Assembly (NCBI GenBank): GCA_964543815.1
Contig: CAZIZG010000003.1
Coordinates: 17,833-81,832 of the forward strand
Origin: an uncultured Bdellovibrionales bacterium
Lineage (GTDB): Bacteria; Patescibacteriota; Minisyncoccia; Moranbacterales; UBA1568
DNA: 64,000 nucleotides
Direction of reading: 5' to 3'
A program made the translations under genes and the position numbers. Under the pieces are notes generated by a model. That model ran no database searches and was not told the DNA's origin. It saw nothing but the letters and a program-made list of their open reading frames with translations. Below are positions 57,363-64,000 of this stretch, one piece after another; within the stretch, counting starts at the first letter, position 1; each line of letters opens with the position of its first letter.

Positions 57363-58931
57363 TTACACTGATGCGAGACCAAGTTTTTTGAGCCGGGAAC
57401 GGATAGCGCCCGGTTTTCGTCCGAGCTTTTCCGCCATCTCTTTCATTTGCTTGCCTCGCTCAAACATTTTTTTGAGCTTTGCTTCCTCATCGGCCGTCCA
57501 TGCTCGATAGGCCTGAGGATGTATGGCTCGTATCTCGCCGAAAGCCTCTGCTGATTCCTCGTTCTTCTTCGTTTTTTTTCTCTTCGGTTCCTTCTTTGCT
57601 TTTTTCTCCTTGCCACCACAGATCACGATAAAGTTGTGTTCCATCTCGGCGATACGTTCCGGGGTGAGACGGGCGTAATCCTCTTCGGCCCGTTCGGATG
57701 CTGCCCGCAAACGAATATCTTCTTCAAGCACTACTGGGTGCACCTCGAAAGCTCGAGCGTTGACCCCAAGGAGATGAACACCGGAAAGTGTGCGTACCCG
57801 AGAGAGCGCCACATAGCCCTGACCGTATTCAAACGTCTGCGAAAGATCCATCACCGCCGCATCAAGCGACACCCCCTGACTCTTATGAATAGTCATCGCC
57901 CAGGCAAGACGAAGCGGTATCTGAGTAATTTTGGCAAACACCTCATCTCCTTCGGCGATAGTCCACTCCATTGGCTCGGTCTCTACCTTCAATCCGTCGG
58001 TAGTCCGAACGATGGGATATTTTTTGTCTGCCGTAAATCCGATGACAGTGCCGAGCGTTCCGTTGACATAACCGGCACCGGGATTGTTTTTGGTAAACAT
58101 GACCGCCGCTCCTACTTTGAGCTCGAGCCGCTCTGGTGAGAGACAGCCACGCACGAGAGCACTGGTGAGTGCCTCTGGACCACGGAGCGCCATCGTATAG
58201 GCATGCGTTTTGCCAGACAACTTCTTCAATTCAGCATTGTTCAAACTATCGACGTTGGCATTGTGAGCATAGAGTCTGGTCATGTCGTCCGGTGCTTCCG
58301 ATGGTTCGACGATTCGGTCCCGGACCGTTTCAAAATGACTCTCATCAAATTCGTTGCGTCGGATAGCAGAAAGAACGCCGAGAAATATCTCATCCTCCTG
58401 ACGATGCTGCTCGGTGAGATAGCACACTGTCGGCCGAAGAGCACTCCAGACTTCGGATTCAAACGCAAATTCGACCGGTCCCTTTTCTTTCCCCTGGACC
58501 GGTGGCAACTGAAAGAAGTCCCCGACCAACACCACCTGTAATCCTCCGAACGGTAGCTGCGTTCGCCGCACCCGCCGACACACCCGCTCCACCATCATGA
58601 GCACTCGCCCATCGAGCATCGAGACCTCATCAATGATCAGTACCTTGGCCCGTTTGATTCGTTTACTGACATACCCGTTTTCGGCGATGTGCTTGAGTGA
58701 CTCATCATCAAGCGACGACTGCACCCCGATACCGCTCCACGAATGAATAGTCATGCCGTGGATATGGGTAGCAGCGATGCCGGTCGACGCTGTCACAGCA
58801 AAGTCTATCTCGTGTTCACGGAGATAGTCGGTATAGGCACGGATGGTGTGGGTCTTGCCGGAACCGGCCTCCCCGGTCAAAAACACGTGGGCACCGGTCT
58901 TCAAAATAGCGAGGGCTTGGTCTTGGGTCAT
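57363..58931 (-). CDS. PIF1-family SF1B DNA helicase with C-terminal HTH
   Basis: GEAGSGKT, IIDEVSM, PFGG.Q...GDFFQLPPV, QIPL.LAWAMTIHKSQG, YVALSR; W..EE..L...GR...AI.SRL tail. Confidence 0.9.
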   Translation of the reverse strand: MTQDQALAILKTGAHVFLTGEAGSGKTHTIRAYTDYLREHEIDFAVTASTGIAATHIHGMTIHSWSGIGVQSSLDDESLKHIAENGYVSKRIKRAKVLIIDEVSMLDGRVLMMVERVCRRVRRTQLPFGGLQVVLVGDFFQLPPVQGKEKGPVEFAFESEVWSALRPTVCYLTEQHRQEDEIFLGVLSAIRRNEFDESHFETVRDRIVEPSEAPDDMTRLYAHNANVDSLNNAELKKLSGKTHAYTMALRGPEALTSALVRGCLSPERLELKVGAAVMFTKNNPGAGYVNGTLGTVIGFTADKKYPIVRTTDGLKVETEPMEWTIAEGDEVFAKITQIPLRLAWAMTIHKSQGVSLDAAVMDLSQTFEYGQGYVALSRVRTLSGVHLLGVNARAFEVHPVVLEEDIRLRAASERAEEDYARLTPERIAEMEHNFIVICGGKEKKAKKEPKRKKTKKNEESAEAFGEIRAIHPQAYRAWTADEEAKLKKMFERGKQMKEMAEKLGRKPGAIRSRLKKLGLASV

Positions 58932-58981
58932 ATTCCCCATCCTACCATCCCCCATCCCTCGGAGCAAAAACCCTCTCAGGG

Positions 58982-59668
58982 TTACAGCACATCAATGATA
59001 CGGAGTGCCCGTTCCGTGAAAACATAGAGTTTGGCAGGACGACTCGGACCATCGCGCCGCACTTTTCCTGTCTCCTTTACCAATTGAATTTCGTGTATCT
59101 TTTTACGAAAGTTTCTTTTATCAAGCGTTCTCCCCAAAAGAATTTCGTACAGTGATTGCAATTCCGACAGAGTAAATTCTTTCGGCATAAGTCCAAAGGC
59201 GATATTGGAGTACCCTAATTTGCTCACGAGACGCTTGCGACCGAAACGCACTATCTCGGCGTGATCAAAAGCAAGCTTCGGGAGATGATCAACGTCTTTC
59301 CAACCAATGTCCGCATAGTACTCTGTCACTTTAGGCAGAAACATATCATCTCGAACCAAAGCAAAGTAGGCCACCGATACACTCCGGCTACGCACGTCCC
59401 GATTGGGTTCACCAAAGGTAGCGAGTTGTTCTAGGTACATACCGTCCACCCCGGCCTTTTCCGAAAGCACCCGGAGTGCCGCCTCTTCAAGAGACTCATC
59501 CACGCGCACCAATCCACCAGGAAGTGCCCACATATCAGCGTAGGCATCGCCGGCAATCTTTACGAGTAGCACCTTGAGCTTACCGTGACTGACCGTAAAG
59601 ATGAGGGTGTCAACCGCCACTTTGATATGAGCAGACTGCTTCTTTTTTGATAATTTTGAGCGAACCAT
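58982..59668 (-). CDS. nrtR: NrtR-family Nudix transcriptional regulator
   Basis: WALPGG...ESL..AA.R, EQL.TF, LAFDH, FTL.EL..LYE, NFRKK, GPSRPAKLY. Confidence 0.9.
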   Translation of the reverse strand: MVRSKLSKKKQSAHIKVAVDTLIFTVSHGKLKVLLVKIAGDAYADMWALPGGLVRVDESLEEAALRVLSEKAGVDGMYLEQLATFGEPNRDVRSRSVSVAYFALVRDDMFLPKVTEYYADIGWKDVDHLPKLAFDHAEIVRFGRKRLVSKLGYSNIAFGLMPKEFTLSELQSLYEILLGRTLDKRNFRKKIHEIQLVKETGKVRRDGPSRPAKLYVFTERALRIIDVL

Positions 59669-59683
59669 AGAGTTTGTTCTTTT

Positions 59684-60724
59684 CTAACTTAGCTGTTCCC
59701 TCCTCATAGTGTCAATTATACACCCGAAAGATTCTTCTCGTGGGAAACGCTGGAACACGTCACTCCCCGATACGAGCAGACGTTCACACGCTCGAACAGC
59801 TTGAGCCAAGCGTTCTTCCGGCGTCCCAGAAACAACCAGGTGCGGAATATCTTCTGTGGTCAAAAGTTCCTGAAAACGCTTCTGCATCGTATGGCGGATA
59901 TATTCTCCATCACGCATGCCATCATCGACAAACGGTATCTCATCCCCCGTAAGAATCACCAGATCATAGCGTCGGCCCTTGGCGACCTGATCAACCTCGG
60001 CGCTCAGAGTTCCCCGATACCGCTCATGCCACAAACGAGTAGCCCAGGCATTGGTGTCACAAAAGAGCACTTTGTTCGCCAAACGCGCATAGGCATCTTC
60101 GACACGATTCTGAGTGTTGGCGATAAAGACAAACTCGTCACTCTGCCAGGCCGTTTGTGATGGCAGCTTTCCTTCGCTGTAGAGTCGTCCAAATTCGGGC
60201 ACCCACACGGTCTCGAAGTATTCTGCCAAGGACCGAGAAAGTGTCGTCGTCCCAGTTGATTCAGCTCCCACCAGAGCCACTCGCCGAACTAGGGCCGCTC
60301 GAGCACTCGCTCCCAAGTACTGCCACGACGTGTAGGGATTTTCACGAATACGAGTACCAGAAATGGGAACTTCGTGACGCTCCCGATCTACGAGTATGTG
60401 CTCCGCACCTAAATAACGAGCATAGGCATCGCCATAGTCCTCAGAAGTAAAGACTCGGTCCGGAGCATATCCCAGAAAATTTATCGTGTACTCCGCCCAA
60501 CGCTTGGAGTTATCATCATCCATGATGTCACGCATGACTCGCACCTCGATATCGGGAAACATCTCCCGAATCCATACTGCCCGCTCTGCCCCAGTAAAGG
60601 ACTGATCAGACCGATCACAGACGATGACAGTCAGCTGGTCCGACTGCTCCCGTGCGACAGATATGAGATAGGCATGTCCAGCATGAAAGGGATAAAACTT
60701 ACCAATAACCAATCCGCGCTTCAT
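59684..60724 (-). CDS. nadR: NadR-type NMN adenylyltransferase / ribosylnicotinamide kinase (no HTH)
   Basis: GKFYPFHAGH, SEDYG, ISGT.IR, GAESTGTTTL, EFGR, CDT, DG.R; true start overlaps pnuC stop. Confidence 0.9.
   Translation of the reverse strand: MKRGLVIGKFYPFHAGHAYLISVAREQSDQLTVIVCDRSDQSFTGAERAVWIREMFPDIEVRVMRDIMDDDNSKRWAEYTINFLGYAPDRVFTSEDYGDAYARYLGAEHILVDRERHEVPISGTRIRENPYTSWQYLGASARAALVRRVALVGAESTGTTTLSRSLAEYFETVWVPEFGRLYSEGKLPSQTAWQSDEFVFIANTQNRVEDAYARLANKVLFCDTNAWATRLWHERYRGTLSAEVDQVAKGRRYDLVILTGDEIPFVDDGMRDGEYIRHTMQKRFQELLTTEDIPHLVVSGTPEERLAQAVRACERLLVSGSDVFQRFPREESFGCIIDTMRREQLS
59706..59726. promoter_or_regulatory. NrtR-like operator inside nadR 3' end, upstream of nrtR
   Basis: ATAGTGT-CAATTAT-ACACCCG, GT-N7-AC core. 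Confidence 0.55.
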
Positions 60725-61425
60725 AAGACAGCCACCTCCTCTCTCTTTGTTCCCTTGATTCCCGAGATAGCCTGTTTCTTCCATTCGGCATGCCAACGGT
60801 AAAGCCCGCTGAGAGCCAAAAGAAGAAAAATCGCGTAGAGCACAGAGACAAACTTTACCTCCTTCGTGTAGTAGAGCCACACTCCGATGATATCGACCAC
60901 AATCCAGAGATACCAATTTTCCAATCGTTGACGAACCAGAAGAATCTGTGCGATGAAACTCGCCACCGTCGTAAAGGCATCGAGATAGGGAAATGATGCT
61001 GCCTCTGGAAACCATAGTGGAAACAACACGTGTATCCGAGCGATGAACGCGCCGAGGATAATTGTCCCCACAATAAGGACAAAGGTCCATCGTATATTTT
61101 CATATTTTGTATTATGACTGATGGTCTCCTGCGTCGGAGATTTCCCCTGCTCTTTCTTGAGACGAAGCCACATCCACCAGCCCCAAAAGCCAGTGACAAA
61201 GTAATAGATCTGTTCGAGAAAATCAGAGTACAGACGAATCTGATAAAAGAGCACCGCAAACAGTATCACCGCCCCGATGCCGATGGGCCAGTTCCAAATA
61301 CTTTTTCTGGCGCACAGCCACACGGTTATGAGATTGAGAATCGTACCACAAAACTCGAGGTAGCTCATGGGATAGTCCCAGAGCGTAAAGAAAACATTGT
61401 TGATATCGAAGAATGAAGCAATCAT
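60721..61425 (-). CDS. pnuC: Nicotinamide riboside transporter
   Basis: W.W..G, LY.D...Q.YY....WGWW.W, DAFTT, ENW..WI..D. Confidence 0.93.
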   Translation of the reverse strand: MIASFFDINNVFFTLWDYPMSYLEFCGTILNLITVWLCARKSIWNWPIGIGAVILFAVLFYQIRLYSDFLEQIYYFVTGFWGWWMWLRLKKEQGKSPTQETISHNTKYENIRWTFVLIVGTIILGAFIARIHVLFPLWFPEAASFPYLDAFTTVASFIAQILLVRQRLENWYLWIVVDIIGVWLYYTKEVKFVSVLYAIFLLLALSGLYRWHAEWKKQAISGIKGTKREEVAVL

Positions 61426-61464
61426 ACTTTTGTTCGTTTAACCAAATTAATCCCCCCCCGCTAT

Positions 61465-61564
61465 TTATTGTATATATTACACTAATTACCCGATAGAAAA
61501 CGCGTCGACCACGCGTTCTTTCATTACTTAGTGTCTATATTACACTATATTAAAATCCTGTCAA
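61465..61564 (-). promoter_or_regulatory. pnuC promoter with two NrtR boxes
   Basis: TTATTGT-ATATATT-ACACTAA (61465-61485) and TTAGTGT-CTATATT-ACACTAT (61528-61548); TTGACA at 61564-61559 with -10 overlapping the second box. Confidence 0.8.
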
Positions 61565-61630
61565 GACTTCCTAAAAGAAAAAACGGATGAACGTTCGTAA
61601 ACATTCATCCGTTATAGCAGCGCCCGGCTG

Positions 61631-62764
61631 CTACGGGTAAATCACCCGGGTGCCGTCGAAGCGCGAGGTGAGCCCGACCGTATAGCCCCGATAGGGCACG
61701 ATACGTCCCGCCACCCGCATATCGACCTCACACAGTTTGGCGAGCTCCTGAACCAAGCTGAGCTCTGGTTCATCAATCACGATAAGTGCTCCCTGGCCGC
61801 CGTTCCAGGTCTCGTAGCACTGCTCCGAATTCATGCCGCGCCATTCGGCACACTGGCGCATGATGAACGGCGGATCGAACAAGTTGTCGAGTTCTGCCGT
61901 CAGACCGAGACGGTGCAGCACGCTCCCGAACTTGCCCTTGAAGGCACCCCCCGAGAGATGTGTCACCAGATGGAGCCGGACCGTAGGCCGGAGCAGCGGG
62001 TCGAACCAACCATGGAGGCGGTTGAGCATGCGGTCATACTGGACGGAAGGGACAGCACAGCGCAGGATGGCATCGGTCGCCTTGGTGTTCTTCCACCACT
62101 CGTCCCCGAATTCCTTGGCGAGCGCCTTGCGCACCGAACTGATACCGTTGCTCCGGAAGGTATCGCCGAACACCACGATGATCTGGCCCGGCTTCACGCT
62201 GTCACCAAGGATCATCTTGTCAGGATGGTAGACACCGGTCATCGAGCCGCCCCAGTTGAAGCGCACCAATGCGTCCGGGTTTTCCGAACCGACACAGACG
62301 CCGAGTTCGGCCGTCTCGCCGGTGAGCAGCACGTACTTGTGCTGATCAGCCAGTTCTGCAAGGCCAATCATGATCTCCTGACAATGCCGGTAGGTTTCAG
62401 AACCAACCTCACCAAGAGAGCTGACATCGAAGATGTTCTGGAACACGAGCGGCAGACCGCCGTAGCGCGTGATGTCCATGGCACACATGGCCACCACGTC
62501 GTTCGCGGCATCGCCATAGGTACGAGCAGCATCGATGAGCACCACTTTGGTGCCGATGCCGTCCATGGCACCGGTGAGCAGACACTCGTCCGGCAAATCA
62601 ACCGGTCGCCAGCCACGCGGCCCTCGGAAATCACCCCTGGACAGATCGGTGACCTGCACAAAGCGTGAATTGCCATAACTCTCCCGGCACAGCTGCCCGA
62701 CGAAAGCACTGAAGGCATCGCCGGCAGGAATGTTGACGCCGTCTTGCTTGTAGAGATCAGTCAC
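61631..62764 (-). CDS. purM: AIR synthase (phosphoribosylformylglycinamidine cyclo-ligase)-like, orphan, GC-rich
   Basis: Y...GV.I..GD, DGIGTK, D.VAMC..D, GETAE, RSNG.S..RK, H.SGG, WNGG.G; AAGGAG SD before GTG at 62764. Confidence 0.8.
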   Translation of the reverse strand: MTDLYKQDGVNIPAGDAFSAFVGQLCRESYGNSRFVQVTDLSRGDFRGPRGWRPVDLPDECLLTGAMDGIGTKVVLIDAARTYGDAANDVVAMCAMDITRYGGLPLVFQNIFDVSSLGEVGSETYRHCQEIMIGLAELADQHKYVLLTGETAELGVCVGSENPDALVRFNWGGSMTGVYHPDKMILGDSVKPGQIIVVFGDTFRSNGISSVRKALAKEFGDEWWKNTKATDAILRCAVPSVQYDRMLNRLHGWFDPLLRPTVRLHLVTHLSGGAFKGKFGSVLHRLGLTAELDNLFDPPFIMRQCAEWRGMNSEQCYETWNGGQGALIVIDEPELSLVQELAKLCEVDMRVAGRIVPYRGYTVGLTSRFDGTRVIYP

Positions 62765-62950
62765 GGTTGGCTCCTTGTGTGACAACGCTTGGAAAATCTG
62801 CCAAGCCAGAAAAAAACCACTTTCTTGTTTTTTTAATGAACGTTTCAGTATGCCCTGACCTGCCTTTTTTGTAAAGTTACCGGTCACTTTTCATCATCCT
62901 CACCACTGAAAATCAAAAACCCACCGAAAGCGGGATCCGCTTGGTGGGTA

Positions 62951-63205
62951 TCAGTGCTGCGAGAAAGTGCCGGCGCTCAGGGCGTGCGCCGAAGTTTCGA
63001 TGCCGTTGAACGGAGCGGTCCGGACATGGTGCCCGGACCAGCCATATTCGGCCATGAACGCAATCTTGCACAGCTCTTCAGCTCGAGCCCGAATCTCGGG
63101 TCCCGTGAGGGGCCGCTCGAAGTGAACCACCGTACACGTGTGATCGGGCTGGCCATCTCTCATGGCCATGAGCGAATAGCCCGCGGCCGTAAATCTTTCA
63201 TCCAT
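62951..63205 (-). CDS. Hypothetical ~84-aa protein
   Basis: GAGGAG SD before ATGATGATG; hairpin plus T-rich tail at about 62915-62950. Confidence 0.6.
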   Translation of the reverse strand: MDERFTAAGYSLMAMRDGQPDHTCTVVHFERPLTGPEIRARAEELCKIAFMAEYGWSGHHVRTAPFNGIETSAHALSAGTFSQH

Positions 63206-63221
63206 CATCATCTCCTCTCGA

Positions 63222-63701
63222 CTACTCGAGCCAGTGCGCCACTGCGAGCAGGGATTCGATGTTGGGGTTAGTGCGCAAGTGCCAGCGCTGATCCTTGAGA
63301 ACCGCCGGATTGAACTGGTGCATGCGGATGGCCACCACCACGGCAATCGCCTCGTTCCACAACCGATTCGGACACGACGACGCGTAGGCGAGGTAGAAAT
63401 CGTAGGCATGGACCGCCACCGCCGTACTGGCGCCATCGCCCATCCAACGACTGCTCGTGAGCCTGTCATGCGACAGAAGCCAGTGCAGCTGAGCCCCGGC
63501 TTGACGCTGAAACTCGCTGGTAATTTCCGGAGTGAGCGGCGCTGTGCGAAAGCCCAAGACGGGAGCGCCGTTCTTGGCCATGACCGTACACCAGCCATCG
63601 ACCTCATCGTCAAACAGACTGGCTGCCTTGCCGAGATCGATCACACGACTGGTCGTCCGTACGATGCGGGCCAAGTATTCACCATTCGCCGGAATAGACA
63701 T
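63222..63701 (-). CDS. Hypothetical 159-aa protein
   Basis: AAAGGGGG SD before ATG at 63701; GC-rich codons. Confidence 0.65.
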   Translation of the reverse strand: MSIPANGEYLARIVRTTSRVIDLGKAASLFDDEVDGWCTVMAKNGAPVLGFRTAPLTPEITSEFQRQAGAQLHWLLSHDRLTSSRWMGDGASTAVAVHAYDFYLAYASSCPNRLWNEAIAVVVAIRMHQFNPAVLKDQRWHLRTNPNIESLLAVAHWLE

Positions 63702-63937
63702 GGGATTCCCCCTTTCGAAGAGAATTGAAGAACTCGCCCTTGCATGGAAGGACCACGTACCATACCACACCCTCCCCTTTCTGTCCACCCTACACTCCGC
63801 CCCATACTCAACTTACTTTATTTCCCCTCTTTCCTAATTCCTCACTTTTTCACGGTCGTAAGAAAGTGAGGAGAAAGAAAAAAGCCGAAGGGGTATTTCC
63901 TTCGGCGAGGTTACTCATCTGTCAGAGATCGCTGGCA

Positions 63938-64000
63938 TCACGGATAGCGCATGGCTTGAAACGCCTGAAGCGACACGCCCGTCAGCCGCTCGACGATACG
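63938..64000 (-). CDS. 3' end of a GC-rich gene entering from outside the window (...RIVERLTGVSLQAFQAMRYP)
   Basis: Open frame to TGA at 63938, followed by terminator GCCGAAGG..CCTTCGGC plus T-run (about 63875-63906). Confidence 0.5.
   Translation of the reverse strand, partial: RIVERLTGVSLQAFQAMRYP

Noticed and set aside
59684-61090. 468-aa NadR with an N-terminal extension
   Set aside because: The extension overlaps pnuC in another frame; the real start is at 60724 (MKRGLVIGKF)
61452-61459. C8 tract in the pnuC leader as a phase-variation switch
   Set aside because: Short and outside both the coding sequence and the promoter spacer

Overview
A 64-kb bacterial chromosome segment. Gene content suggests a Patescibacteria/CPR (Parcubacteria-like) organism; this is an inference from the mraZ-rsmH-ftsL-ftsI-murF block, a CPR-style type IV pilus locus, a short uvrC and many small DUF genes. 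Almost all genes are on the minus strand. The housekeeping backbone includes pepA, bcp, rarA, xth, miaB-like, rlmN, pilMNO/pilC/minor pilins, uvrA/uvrC, a cold-shock protein, a PIF1-like helicase and a pnuC-nadR-nrtR NAD-salvage operon with three NrtR-type operators. A type III R-M locus has two membrane-protein genes between mod and res. The most striking pattern is a second gene population scattered through the backbone: about 20 short, mostly stand-alone units with strong Shine-Dalgarno sites, often GC-rich codon usage, usually their own promoter and terminator, and often a 5' hairpin. Most backbone genes lack an SD. These units include orphan proteobacterial-type CheW and CheY, an orphan PurM, a diverged paralog pair of unknown function and several microproteins. 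Also found: a 305-bp GIY-YIG element bounded by 23-bp inverted repeats, a roughly 290-nt promoter-to-terminator structured ncRNA candidate, further structured intergenic elements, and an exact 56-bp direct repeat flanking one unit. No rRNA, tRNA or CRISPR array was recognised. All calls are from reading the sequence by eye; no searches were run.
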